From Perkinsus chesapeaki ATCC PRA-425 (lineage: Eukaryota > Protista > Perkinsozoa): a DNA stretch of 64,000 nt. The stretch lies in NCBI GenBank assembly GCA_013115145.1, contig JAAPAO010000009.1:62001-126000 (forward strand), given 5' to 3'. Below, in pieces: positions 1 to 12,559 of the stretch (its first letter is position 1; each line of letters begins with the position of its first letter). The notes under the pieces are model-generated. The model did no database searches and had not been told where the DNA came from. It saw only the letters and a list, made by a program, of their open reading frames with translations. The position numbers were made by a program, and so were the translations under genes.

Positions 1-2201
1 CCGAGTAGCTTCTGGCGTGCACCGCAGCTTATTGAACTGCTGGTCGGCCGCATCGAAGAGGACTCTCAGGGATGGTCGATGTCAAGCTTGAGTAGGCATC
101 AGATTGCGGTACCTTTCCGACTGCTCTATCCGCAGGTGATCGGTTGGACATGTACATGATGCTCAGGGCTGTGTCTCGGGCCGCCGCCGCGGCTCACGAG
201 GCCACGAGTAGACCCCTATATCGCTCTCTTGGCATTCGATTTGTTCCGTGTTGTCAGCTCCTATTTTAACACGGCTGCTGTGCAGGCCGCTATTGTCGTG
301 TCTGGGGAGCGAATACCCGTACATTCGATCGGCCGCCAGTTTGGCCATGTTGTGCCTGGCTGCCACCACAGGTGATAGAGGGATGGACTTGAGGGTGGCC
401 TATCGCTGTTCAACGTGTTTGGTCGACCGTGTATGGCCATTGGTCATAGAATTGAAAGCAGCCCTTGGCTAAATTGCCACTGCATCCTACTGAGGGCCGT
501 TGTCTGGTCTGGATCGGCATTGTGGGGAAACGAATCCAAATCCCCCAGCTCCGAGGCCCTATTAGTTCAGCTGTTACCCCTCAAGTGCCCATGAAGCCGC
601 TACGTTAATCGCTATTCCCTCTGCTGGTACCATTTCGTTCTCCTCAGGTGTGGGGTCAGTAGGAGGGCTAATATACGACAATGCTGACAGAATAGTCGAT
701 CAAGTTGTGTAGGCATCTGTTCTTGCTTATCTGGTAGAGCCCCGATCTTAGGTTTATCCTCCGCCATTCTTCGAGTCCATCCTCGTCAGCTCCATTGGTC
801 TTAGCCCTTACAAGATACTCAGCAGGTTGATAGGCTGCCCTCCTTGCCATGGCGCATTGCATCTTCTGTCAGATTCGACTGAGGAGATGAGCTTTTGGCT
901 GTCGGATATTGTAAAGGAGCTGGTCAGGGTGAAGACGACCGACGAGGCCTGGGTGAGTATTCGCCTTCGACGGTTGCGACTACTAGTACTAGAGAGATCC
1001 CGAGTGTACTGCAGTCTCCTCACCGCCGCGTCATTCGTCTTTGCACGCTCATTTAAAAAGTCCATTACGATCAGCGCAAGCTCCTCTGTTTTTGAAGTTA
1101 TCCAGTATGAATTTGTGGGCACCATCGCTCCTTCCGCACCTTCAGGTCCTCGAGTGTCTCTCAGCTGTTCTGTGGGTGATCTTTAAAGCGCAGGCTCCTT
1201 CTAGTAGCGGCACTGCACTTTCTGACGCTCCAACAGTTCCGCCACTAGAGGTCAGTTCTTGCCAGTTGCTTCCCTTTGGAGATCCCCATTAGGTGCTCTT
1301 CCTAGCCCTCCGTGATGACTCTACAGCATCACCCATCTGGCAGCCTTCTGGCAGCCATTGTGGTGCCCTTACCGCCACAGCGCTGTCCGACGAGGAGCTA
1401 AGTCGGCCGTTGACTCCTAGTGAGTGGATGGCCAAGGTTGCACTAGAACGGGTATGCCCGGTCTTTTGTAAAGGCTATTACTCCGTCCCAGGTTACACCG
1501 GTCCTGACCGCCTCGGATGCAAGGCTGTTGACGCCAGCGCTATGGTGCGTCTCTCGAGCCCTGCCGTTACTGCCAGAGCCTGCTCGGCCGGCGGCGTTGG
1601 TAGACTGTTGGGCAAGTCTTAAAGCTGCGGCGATGCAGCCAGGTCGATCGAAGTGAGCCAGTCGTCCTGTCAGGCCTGTTGATATGTGTTTGCCAGACCG
1701 CAGTGTCTACTAGCCGTTCTAGACCTTTTGTCGAATGTATTGCTTACGTCGATCGAGCTAGCTATCTTTATGAGAGACAGGGTTTGGTCCGATCTCTGGC
1801 CGGCCATGAGCAAGGTAAATTGGCGCAATTCCGACCCTTCCAACAGCGATCGCATCTTGCGTGACCTGACCGAGGCTCATTGGTCCCTCCCACACAAGTC
1901 GGTTCAGGTTCACCAAAGGGCCCAACAGCCTCATCATTCCGTCCACGCTCGCCTCCAACTTGCAGTCTGCAATAGTCTCGCGGACCTCTGCGGTGCCATA
2001 GCTGTCACTCCCGACGTTGCTCCGAACTCTGATGCCACGTTGAAGGATCTTGTTCTGTACCTTCTAAGTGGCCTCGACATCCCAGGCGAGCGCGGCGGCC
2101 TCGTGCGGTTGGCTTTAACAAAGCTCGGTACGCAAGAATTTGATCTGGTCATGAGCCAGCCTGAGTTGCCCGACGATATTCGGAAGGAAATTATTCGGTA
2201 A
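1..2201 (+). CDS. Multi-exon hypothetical alpha-helical (HEAT/ARM-like) protein, probably 5'-truncated by the window edge
   Basis: Leu-rich helical ORF segments (827-1186, 1293-1622, 1686-2201) separated by GT-AG-bounded gaps; last exon ends ...ELPDDIRKEIIR*. No family motif recognised. Confidence 0.45.
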
Positions 2202-2390
2202 CCGATGGGCTCTGGTTCTTCTCTTAAGGGTTTGGTCGTTAGGCAAGTTCGGCGGCACAGAAGGCCTCGAGTACCCTTGCGAAGCGCTGGAGAAGATCTC
2301 AAGCGGTTTTTCAGGTTTCCAAATTGAAAGCCTTTCCGTGCTGCGTTGAAGTCCAGGAAATTGCCACATCAATGCTACCAGTATGTTACA

Positions 2391-3990
2391 ATGACAGACA
2401 CTAATATGGACGAACTATTTCAAAACACCAGAGCCGATCCGGCTCTATTAGACTCCTTACTGGAGGACCATGACAAACTGAACGATATAGTCGCTGCTTG
2501 CAACGACGGCAACGACTCGGCCTGCAAGTTGGTGTGCAACTTATGCAGCAGACCGAAGGCTGAGAGCGTGAGGAAGGTGTGTGTGGAGAAGGACGTCATC
2601 GGGGCATGTGTACGGTCGCCGACGAAGGGCCGCGTGTCACTACTGAGAGCCCTGATGACAGGGAATGAACAATGCCAGGAGATGCTCTATGAGGAGCTCG
2701 GTGGGAGTCCTGAGAAACTGTAAGAGCCGAACAACTTGCATATTTCTCGCCACAAGATCTTTCCGATTAGGTACTGGCTTTTGTCGAGTACCGGTACAGA
2801 AGGCGATCGAGCTTGGCTATTACTTCTGAACTTCAAACATCTTTGGAAGTGTTATCCTAATGGCCTTCCTGTTCTACTGTATCTCACCCTGGCCAATGAC
2901 ATCGGCAATGCTGGGGCAAAGCCTGAGGACGAGATCGACGTCAGCCACTTCGCTGTTATCCTATTCACCGAAACACTCCAGGACAGGCTGCCAGACATTC
3001 TCAAGGCATGGATTAGGCTTACCCCCGAGGAGCTTCAGGATTTCATCATGCGAGCTTATGCCGACACAGATGCTTTCAAGGGCTCGGCAGAGGGGCCTGT
3101 GAACTTGAAGTCGATGCCGAGCCAGTCGACTGTTATATCATTTTTACTGCATATCATGGAGCAAATCGTCGACGAGAAGAATTATGAGACGATAACCGAC
3201 TGTGTGGCAACCTTGCTGGTGATGGCTTACGCCTATTTCGAAGCTGTCTGCCATTTGCCGCAGCATGGTTTGAACTCGATGGTCCAGGACCACAGACAGG
3301 AGCTGGGCTCACTCGCCGATGCTTATTATGAAGTGTTCGATGATCCTCAAGGTCTTGCGGAGGTCTACGGTCAAGTCATGACCGACTTGCTTAATGTGGC
3401 CAATCAGTTGGCCTTAAGCGACCATCGTGACCGCAGCAAGGTGGCCAGATTCGAGACCGCGGGTATCTTCTTCTCCCTAGGAATCCTCCGCGGTGTCCAC
3501 TTTGTTCGTTTCCCGCAACTTCTCGGCGAAAATGACGTGACACTACCCGATACCGTGAGGCCTGATGATGTGTATAAATCATCACGAAGCGAGGCTTTCA
3601 AGTTCATCTGTGACCACATACCAGCAGCGACAATCCTGCGCCTAGTGGCCAACTGCCTGGCCAAATCACCCGCCGCTCAAGACTACCTCATCAACTACGA
3701 CAAGAGGCTCATTCCGACGTTGCTGTCTCATTGCATCGTGGATCCCAGAGTAAGAAACGGTCGACGCGCGCAGCTGAAGATAATGCCTGTTTTCCAAGGT
3801 ACCAATGCTACGTGAAGGCGCTGTATTCGCGGTAGAGTGTGCCACCGAAGGCAATCTTGAAATGCAGAAAGTGATCGGAGATGCACTTGGCAAGGGCGAA
3901 TCCGAGAACTGGGCATCTCGGGTGAGTGGGAGGAATTTCCGAAATCATTTTTTGTATTGCAGAGCTGCATGCATATAGCTGCTAGGCAAT
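2391..3990 (+). CDS. ARM-repeat protein with C-terminal ataxin-10-like domain (multi-exon)
   Basis: Splicing 3750-3797 gives LIPTLLSHCIVDPR-VPMLREGAVFAVECATEGNLEMQKVI, resembling the ataxin-10 motif (L.hC.iD..nP..REwA.fai.nl.egN.enQ). 3' end approximate. Confidence 0.6.
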
Positions 3991-4578
3991 AGCATAGCTC
4001 ATTCTTGGAATGGCGCGATACGGATCTTGTTTTACGGTTATCCAATCTAAAAATGAACGCTCCGCCGAGCTGGCGAGCGTTCCTTTTAGTGTAACACTTG
4101 GGTTGCTGCGAGGTGACGTGTGATGATGATGTCGCGTACGTAAGCACAGCGTTACATTTTCGGTTCAGGAGCACATGAGATTCGTCGAGGCGCCCATCAC
4201 AAAGGAGACCTCAGGGAATCAGCGACACTGACAAACACTATTGTTCTTGTGGTTTCTTGAACTGTTGAAAAAGTGCAGCATTGTTAATCGAGCTTCAGGG
4301 CTAATGTACGCATCTTGGCAGAGACGCGTACCACAAGTGCGGGTTGTTCGAGGCGCCTATCTGGCCGGTGGCTGATAGCCACTCGCAAAGCCTTCCCTCC
4401 CTCTATTGGCCTTTCCTCCTTCCTCCGAGCTCATAGTCAGAAGAATTGTCTCTGCAGATTGGTCCCGTCGCGCCAACGAGTTCGGGGGGAGGTGGATCTC
4501 GCTCGCCACTGGCGAACGTTGTCGTCGCGTCTCATGCGTAATTCACCCTTTTAAATTCGCCGCTTTCAACACAAGAAT

Positions 4579-5319
4579 ATGTTTGTGACCAAACCGAACC
4601 ACACTCTCGAGGAGCTGGATGCCAATTCCGACTCTCTCATATCTGACTTGTTTATGGCGTTGCTGGAGGCCACTGGGGCCAAACAAGAGCTGGGAGCAAC
4701 TGCTGATTGGTCAGAAGCTTCATCAGTCTCCCAGCCGTCGCTGAATTTTCAAGAGCTTATCAGCGAGGAAGAAGTTACTGCTCCTTGTATCACGCCCGAT
4801 GTGAGCCCTGCAGCAGCGCAGAAGCACCCTGTCGGCGAGGATGGTGCTGATGAAGTGTACACCCTTATGTTGCGAAACATTCCTGATTATTGCAATACCC
4901 AGTCTTTGCTCGCCGAGGTCGACGCTCTTGGTTTTGCTGGTCTATACGATTACTGCTATTTACCTATCGATATTAATACTTCACAAAATTTAGGTTATGC
5001 CTTTATCAACTTCATCAACCCTGCCGGTGCTGCTCTATTCCAGCATCTATGCGAGGGGCAATACCTATCTGGCTACCCTAACTGGTCCAGGCCGTTGTCG
5101 ATACGCCCCGCATTGATTCAAGGCATGGAGAAGAACTTGATGAAATTCGCCAAAGTCGCCATGCGCAGGTGCAAAGACCCCAAGTTCAAGCCCGTTGTTT
5201 TAGAGAACGGCGTACCGGTTAATCTACAGATGAAGCTGGCCGAAATATATACGGCCAAGGGCCTGCCTATCCCCACGACCGTACTAGAATACATCGCTCT
5301 TAAGTATCACAGACTTTAA
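4579..5319 (+). CDS. Mei2-like C-terminal RRM (RRM_2) protein, intronless
   Basis: TLMLRNIPDY...GLYDYCYLPIDINTSQNLGYAFINF is the Mei2 RRM3 signature; single 246-aa ORF. Confidence 0.85.
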   Translation: MFVTKPNHTLEELDANSDSLISDLFMALLEATGAKQELGATADWSEASSVSQPSLNFQELISEEEVTAPCITPDVSPAAAQKHPVGEDGADEVYTLMLRNIPDYCNTQSLLAEVDALGFAGLYDYCYLPIDINTSQNLGYAFINFINPAGAALFQHLCEGQYLSGYPNWSRPLSIRPALIQGMEKNLMKFAKVAMRRCKDPKFKPVVLENGVPVNLQMKLAEIYTAKGLPIPTTVLEYIALKYHRL

Positions 5320-5573
5320 AGTTGAAGACACCGCAACGAAGAGCTTGTACTCGTATGCTTTCGCCTTTATCTTTTTTTCTCTTTTTCTCAATCGGATCAC
5401 AATGCTCTTATAATGCTCAATTATATCCGATATACTTACCTCATCACACTCGCTACCACCATTCTAGTATACGCCTTCTGGGCTTAGTAGCATTTGCTCA
5501 AGTAGCTCTGTGTTACAGTTGAGGACCTTAATTAACGACAAGACAATACATAATTCGGAGAAGACAGTAGAAA

Positions 5574-6500
5574 TCAATCACGGTATTGATGATGATGCCT
5601 CGGGCTGCGGCTCCGCTCGCGGCGTCTACTTGAACTTCTTCGCCGTCGTCTATCACCGCTTCGGCTACCGGATCTTCTTCGGTGTCGATCGCCACTTCTG
5701 CTTCGACTGTAACGGCGACGACGCTCCCCTCTGTCATTTGAACTTGGTCGGCGCTGGCGTGGCGACCGCTCGTCTCGTCTGTAGGAATCGCGCGGTCTCT
5801 GTTGCCGTTCTTCAGCCACTTTCAGTTTTATCTGAAATAACTCCATACCAAACACCCTTTGCGAAGTGATGCCTCACTTTCCGAGTGTCGAGAGTTGCCC
5901 CGTCCAGCAAGGCGATAGCATTTCTCATGTCCGACTCGCGGGAGAACTCGACGAAGGCGAAACCTCTCGAGGCCATATTGTCGTCGTCCCCTGTCGATAA
6001 GAGAATAGCAACAAGCAGCGCAGAGGGACCGATACTTACCTCCGGGTATACGCACCCTGTGAACTTCGAGATTTTCCTGTTTGAAGAAGTTCTCTATATC
6101 TTCCTTTGTCGAAGAGTAAGAAAGATTTCCCATATAAACCGTACCTGTTCTTGCAAGCTACGAAGGCAGGCGGCCACCGGCATTGACCCACTTGTTTTCG
6201 ACCTTTCTTCGTCGGCCTCTTTCGTCGGGTTGTCTATTTTCCCTCCCATGTCTCTGATCTCCTTATCGAGCTTGTACTCCATCTGTCTCAATTCCTTCAG
6301 GGCTGCGCTGAACAATAGCGGTGCGGGACATGCCAGAATGAACGCACGGCTTACGCGTGGTCAACCTTTATCTCGTAGTGGCGCGTGCTTGCACCGAGGC
6401 GGAGTTGGTCTCGTTTACCGATGGGCCGAGGGAGGAAGGGCTCCAACTTTACGTCACCTTTCTCACCAACAAACGTGCCAAATTTAGAGTTAAGGTCCAT
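5574..6500 (-). CDS. SR-type splicing factor: RRM plus RS-rich tail (multi-exon)
   Basis: RNP2 IFLGNLSYSSTKEDIENFF, RNP1 RGFAFVEFS, C-terminal RSRSGDRHRRRSGSRS repeats; ATG at 6500 (MDLNSKFG...) joined by a GT-AG intron near 6304-6355. Confidence 0.8.
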
Positions 6501-6573
6501 GGCGTAGACCTATCACGGATGAACGAAATCTGGAGTGGCCATACGATCGAAGCGATGTTAACCAGTGTACACT

Positions 6574-7839
6574 TTAGTGGGTTCGTAATGGGAGCGAATA
6601 CAGTGAAGAGTAGAGGAGGTCGACCCGGCTGCGGCACACCTTATCGAGGGCGTTCTCTCTCCATTTCGAATCAGTAGGATTCTTGAAGCCAGCAGCGTAC
6701 ACGAGCAAAGCGTGGTGTCGTGAAGTGGAAGGATGCAGCGCAACAACCTGAAGTTGGGAGCTACCGTGACAGCGGCCTAATCCGCTCACATCACAGGTGT
6801 CCAATTTGCCCATAACACAAACTGCATTGCTGACGTTATGGCTGCCGACGGAGCGGCCCTCCTTCACTTCGGTCAACCGAATAGGGGAGGCGGTATCTGC
6901 AGCCGGTAGTGCTGCCAGCGAAAATGCGCAGGCAGGCTTTACCTTGCTTCACCACACTCATGATGGAATGCAGCCAAAGCTGCCGCGCTGTCTCTTGGGA
7001 ATCCTGAAGGTCAGTTCGGATGGTCGACAGGATACGACCAAGCTGGTTCTGACTGGGGATGGCGTGCGGGTATCTTTGCGCACGCGGAAGATTTACCCCT
7101 TAAGAGCGCCCGTGTCTCTGCTGCAGGCCCAGAAGACTCCCTCATCGGTGGGAAAGCCTTGAGCTTCGAATGCGTCGGCATCGTCGGGACTGCAATCGAA
7201 AAGGAGACTCCTTTTGCCAGTGGCAACTAGCTCGTCGGCCAGCTCCGGATGCCTGAGGGAAATACTATCACAGAGGGAGGGCAACCGAAATGTAGCGATG
7301 AGAACTCATTCTAAAGACCGCCAGGTCACTTTGCCGATTTCAAAAGAAACCTTCATTCCCGTGATAGACGTGACGTAATCTCTGACTCGTTCCTGAGGCC
7401 ACATAGGATCCCCTTGTGCTGCGTAATCATCCAGCCATATCCCAGAAAGTTATGAAACCTTAAACGCACTATCAGAGCAAGAGCACAGTACGATATAGTG
7501 AGGTGGCAGGAGCAGAAGGTCTATGGAGATTCTCACCGGGCAAATTTGTCCCGAAGGACCGTCGTCACCAGCTTCAAGCGATTCTTCTTCCACACATCAG
7601 GATCAAGACCCTCGCGCAAGGCCGATACTGCAGCCGCGGCCGTCGGGAACTCCGCAAAGACGGTACTGAGATACGTGTAGTGAGTGGAGGAGGAAGGACG
7701 CCTACGTCTCGTCACGGCCGGGGCAGAAGGCACGAACGGAGGACTCGTGGTCGTTGCTGAGGAAGCCGAATGCGGGGCCACTGAAGGTGTCGATCGGTGG
7801 CCCTCCTGAGGGTGCAGTGGGCTCTGTCGTGGCAGCCAT
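6574..7839 (-). CDS. Multi-exon hypothetical protein (C-terminus weakly RluA pseudouridine-synthase-like)
   Basis: Exons MAATTEPTAPSGG..., TVFAEFPTAAAAVSALREGLDPDVWKKNRLKL..., HPELADELVATGKRSLLF..., LQVVALHPSTSRHHALLVYAAGFKNP linked by plausible GT-AG introns. Confidence 0.5.
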
Positions 7840-7904
7840 GGAAGCGCTAAAGGAGAAGGAATTGCGATTAGCGTGCCAACAAAAGTCTATAGGAATCGGA
7901 AACG

Positions 7905-10051
7905 TCACAACGGAAACGCACAAGTGTCGGCATGTTCGGGGCTGAGGAGTATGTCTATCCAGTAGGGCGCCACGGGGATCTCCTCGGCCAACGTTGCTTC
8001 GGGGGGCAGGACCACGCGGAGTGCCGAGGCTACTTCTTTATGCAGGAAACTCGACTTCACCGGGTTCGGCTTCTGACCGGCGGACCAGTCCACTAGGCGA
8101 TCTGAGGAAGGAGGTGGCCCCTCAAACTTTCACAGGCCATACCTATCCACTTGAGCAGGTCCATGTCATGGGCCATGTCGGCTACTGACGGCATCGAGAG
8201 GAGGGCCGCCACTCGAAGCTGCCCAGCGATCTCTAAAGAATACCGTAGCTGATCCTCTTCACTGCCGACAATCGAAAGCCGCTCCAGGCCGCGGACTAGG
8301 GCCATGGCTGCTCGGTCTTGCTCTTCACCACTGAGGCCACAAGAGTGCCATACAGACGCCATGGCATAGACCAAGTTGCTGAGGCCCTGGACCCCTAGAC
8401 CTCGCAAAACCTTATCTGTTAACAACTCCGATACGACGGTGGCCTCGACCGGCATGCCCAATCGTGCCAGAGCGTACACCAGCATGCACACCGACTGGGG
8501 GTCTCGCAGGCCCGGTAGCTGCGAGCGAGCGAGGATCTCTCGATCCACCCAATTGCAGTCTCTGATATTCTGTCCGGCCAAACCATGGAGGACAGCGACT
8601 GCTGAGGGAAGGTCGAGGCCTTGGGAATCTTTCACGATGCGAAGGAAGATATCTTGCCAGCCGATGCCTCCCAACTTCGTGTATCCAGCGGCCAGTTGCA
8701 CTATGGCACTCTGCGGTAGCCTGGTTCCTTGGTCTTCACATAGCCGATCCGAAGCCGCGCGGAAACTTGGCCTGGCATCAACGGCGGGCGGTAGTAGGCC
8801 GCTGGCCACAAGGGTCCCCAAAGCTTGAATGCCATTCGCCAGGTGGATGACCGCACAGGTGGGTACGGCAGCTGCGAAGGCCTCGACAACCGCGGAGTCA
8901 TCCAGTAGGAGGCTTTGGACCAGTTCCGGGTGCCACGCACCAAGCTTGCCCAGGGACACCATGATGGGCACCGCAGCAGCCATGTTGTCGCGTTCCTCTA
9001 CGCGGTCCCGATTCTTGTACACTGTACGGAAGACGTCCCTAGCCTGGTGGTCGAGGGGGCAGGCCTGGCTAAAGGTCATCATGAGGACGGCCGAGTCTCG
9101 AATGGTGAAGTGGTGGAGTTCTCGCAAGGCAGCTGTACCGAGGCTGTGGAGGAGATCGCCGTCTCCGATAAAGTTGAGCTTGACGAAGCCAGTGAGGATG
9201 AGCGACAAGGTTTGAGGGGATATCGGTCGATTCTGTCTTACCATGCGGACCACGACCTTCCGCAGCTTTGTGAAGAGGAATTCGTTCTTGAACTGCATCT
9301 TCTGGCAGGCGTGCGCGACCAAGCCCACATCTTGGGCGCGGATGGCCAGTACCGACTTGGGGGAGGAATCTATTCTACCGGAGAACTGCTGCGTCAAGGT
9401 GTAGAAAATCTGCCGGTCGGCCACACCAGCTTTGGCATATCTGAGCAGGGGCATGTGGGGCCCGGAGGCTCAAGGTGGAGGCTTACGCGTTCAGCAGTAT
9501 GGCTATCTGTCGCACTGTGAGGTTCTCCGCCAACTTAAGGGTAGTCGGCTTGAGGCCTTCCCATGTAGTCGGAGTCCTGCCCCAGTCAACCTCATCCAGT
9601 AAGTTTACACGCTCCCCCTCCACACCAGCGATCGGCACTGAGGAGAATTGCACCGAAGTAGCTGCTGCTGCCCTACCTACCTCTGCCGCTGGCCAACTTC
9701 TGGACGGCCAGGACGTGCATCTCCATACGGTTCCGGAATGGCACCCGCTGTTTCCATTTATCTTCTCGGATGATTTCCACTGGAACGCCACGAGGGTCTT
9801 TGTGGGTGAGATCGTGGCGTCCGTTGGCCTCGGCAAGGGACGTCGAGGCGCCGGTGGCCACAACAGTCGGGGTTGAGGGGTCGCCTGAGACGGGACTCGA
9901 TCACGGGGACTAGAAGGGACCTACATGGGACGGTGACGGCTGGGGCGGGCTGGGTGGCGGAAAGATGTCCCTCGCCCACCCTCGAGACCAACGCCACTGC
10001 TGGCCGCTCGAGGCCTCGACGCTTAACTAGTGCCGCAGCCCGACCAGGCAT
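7905..10051 (-). CDS. Helical-repeat (HPR/OPR-like) RNA-binding protein with C-terminal RAP domain, probably organellar
   Basis: 453-aa exon with recurring units (QTLSLILTGFVKLNF, QSVCMLVYALARLG, QGLSNLVYAMA); terminal exon SSFLHKEVASALR...EEIPVAPYWIDILL matches the start of a RAP domain. Start codon inferred. Confidence 0.7.
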
Positions 10052-10105
10052 ATGTGAGGTTAACTGTGATGGTATACACAGAGGGCATGTAACACAAAGC
10101 ATGGA

Positions 10106-12415
10106 TCATGACATGATATCATCACGGGCAACGAACATGGCACCGTCAGTAGGAGAGAGGCGGTGGCATGGGCCAGACAAGATCGCTTTCGAGCACACCG
10201 ATGCTAGGTCCATCCTTGCCAATGAGCAGGTGAAGAAAATCGTCGGCGCTGAAACGGCGAGTCGTGGACTGTTATTGGCGGACACCGACCTTAGTATGTA
10301 CTCCTCAGCGAGGGTCTCTATTGTAGCCATCGCTTGTGTGGACGGGAGAAGGTCCGTGTTCTTGCGTATGTATGCCTCCAAGTCACCCGGGCTTGGCGTT
10401 TGGCTGAGAGCCTCGGAGGCTTCATATGCCAGAGTCTGGCAGAGATATCCGAGTGGCCAAAGGAACTGGCAGCTACCACAAGGTCACGATAGGCCATCCA
10501 GACTGCGCTGGAGACCTTGTCCTGGTCAGCCACCCCCTCATCTTCGACCAGCGAGCCTGAAAAAAACCCAAGCAGGCTCCCCGACGGCAGCACGCCGGCC
10601 AACCTACTTCGATCGGCTCCCTTGATGGGCCTTCCTTCATGCAGGTCCATGCAGCAGCAGAAGTGAACGCCGCTCAGAAGCTGCGTTGTCCGCATTTCAG
10701 AGAACATCCTGAAGAGACTTACGTCACAGAGCCACCGGGAGAACTTACAGTACGTGTACCGCTGGTCGGCTGCTGCTTTCGGAGGGCGAAGAGTCCCTGG
10801 CCCACGTGACGGCTTGGGCTAGAGCAGGATTGGGGCCTTCGAGGAGCATCAGCACCTGCAGTGGGACCTGTACTAGTCTACTGGAACCTTCAAGTGCACC
10901 CAGTAGGAAGTCCTATCGGGAGCTGCTCGGTGCATACAAGGAAGGACCAGGCCCGACAGGGCGGCAAACTCGTCCAGATGGCCTGAGTGCTGCAGTGCCG
11001 CTGAGGACGCTGATGCCTGGCGTACTGAGGGCCTCCGGCTCCTCCCCTCGATCTAGCCGCTCTGCCTTCCGCTGTGCGCGGGAGTCTTGCCACTGGAGGA
11101 AGGCATCTCGAATACGCTTCCTGCAAGGAGGGCATGAACTGTATGGTTTGGATATTTTCTTTGATAAGCTTTAAAAGCCACACATCCCCAGCAAGAGGCT
11201 CCTTTAGACTTCATCATGCCTTCATGGTGCACTATACCTTCATGCTTGAGGATGTTACCTGTAGTACTCAGGCCAGATTACGACGGTTACACTCGCGGGT
11301 GTACGTAGTCCTATTAAATCATCATATCGGGTATTATTGATAGATAAAAGCCCAACACATAAGCTCTAGCTGTTTCCCCTATACTAGTGAATTCAGAGCC
11401 TTAATGGTACCTGGTGCCTGTGGATAGCCCAATTTAGAAGGCTACTATTCGGTAGTGGTGCGGTATATTAATAAAGCAGGGCGCTATTAGTAGCCATCCT
11501 CAGTAGTACATATGGTCCTTCAAAGAGTCTTCCTCTAGACCAGAGTATCTCAGGACCATCAGAGCCCGACTGTGGTAGCTGGACTTCACCCCAATCAGGT
11601 GATGCACTGCGTCCAGCATGCTCCATCGGGGGTTCTCCTGTGCCAGCTCGTCTCGGGTCTCATCAGAGACTGCGGTGTCCCCCCGAGCTGAGAGGAGGTC
11701 CACTAAATCTTAGGAGGGCGGCTACTTGAGGTTCGACCGAAGGATCCAGCGGAGGTGACGGCCCTGTCTGGAGCGATAGTAGGCATGGGCACTACACAGG
11801 GGCAGCCTTGCTGAGCAGCACTGAACGCAAAGCTGAAGTGGGTGGACCGAGGAGGAGGAGTATTAGGAGCTCATACCCTGCACTTGCTGCTAAATGAAAT
11901 TATTATATCTTGACACTGAAAATGATAGAGACATGGCCTCCCATGAGCTCGACAAATGTTGCAAAGGCGGAACTAAGCCGTCAGTTGGCCAGGCACCCCA
12001 GAGCCACTGTCGGCCTTCTTGAAATAGGGAGCGGCCACGACCATCCTGGGCGAGATAGGAGTGAGCTCGATGAGCTGAGGCTCCTGGGCTTCCCTGAATT
12101 CCAACAACACTCGACAGGACGGCGAAGCAAGGCTGTTACTTCTGTTGCTGCTCCGAGATGTCACCGCTGCATTTCCTGACCGCCTCGAGGTAGACCGGCT
12201 TGTCCTGGCCCGGGAACTCGGTTGGTGCGCCACTTCCTTTGGAGCTCTGGTCCTCCCCGCCGCCGGCCTTCAGCCACAGCGATGGGTGCTCCGAGCGAGG
12301 CGGCTGCTGACGGTCCTTACGTAACTGATCGAACCACACTAGCCCCCTACGGGCACGGCTGCAGTACCGAAGCTCTGACGAGCTGGTTGATGCCGGAGAC
12401 GCTTAAAACCGTCAT
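10106..12415 (-). CDS. Multi-exon hypothetical protein
   Basis: Several protein-like minus-strand ORF pieces (12136-12339, 11500-11703, 10890-11183, 10318-10707, 10106-10381) with GT-AG-bounded gaps; no motif recognised; start uncertain. Confidence 0.4.
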
Positions 12416-12559
12416 CCTGGTGATGACAGATGAGGAGGTGAGTCGAGATACAAGTAGTGATCAGAACTGCCAGGAAGACGATCGACTTACGAGGCTAAAC
12501 TCAACACCAACAAAGATGAAATGGTACAGACACCACAAACGCTTAATTAACAAGCCATC

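Noticed and set aside
4120-4232. TGATGA...CTGA pair suggesting another C/D snoRNA
   Set aside because: No clear terminal stem and no recognisable rRNA-complementary guide.
5432-5441. ATACTTACCT matching the U1 snRNA 5' end (also at 6032-6041)
   Set aside because: No U1 stem-loops follow; the 6032 copy is simply the reverse complement of a minus-strand splice donor.
6357-6677. Plus-strand 106-aa ORF
   Set aside because: Overlaps the first exon of the minus-strand SR protein, whose ATG at 6500 and splice sites fit better.
9467-9478. GGCTCAAGGT resembling the 3' end of the dinoflagellate/Perkinsus spliced leader
   Set aside because: The upstream CCGTAGCCATYTT part is absent, and the site lies at an intron of the RAP gene.
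9873-10625. 250-aa plus-strand ORF and similar long antisense ORFs (8915-9520, 13461-14012, 21579-22139, 57502-58080)
   Set aside because: Shadow ORFs opposite well-supported genes in GC-rich coding DNA; no motifs.
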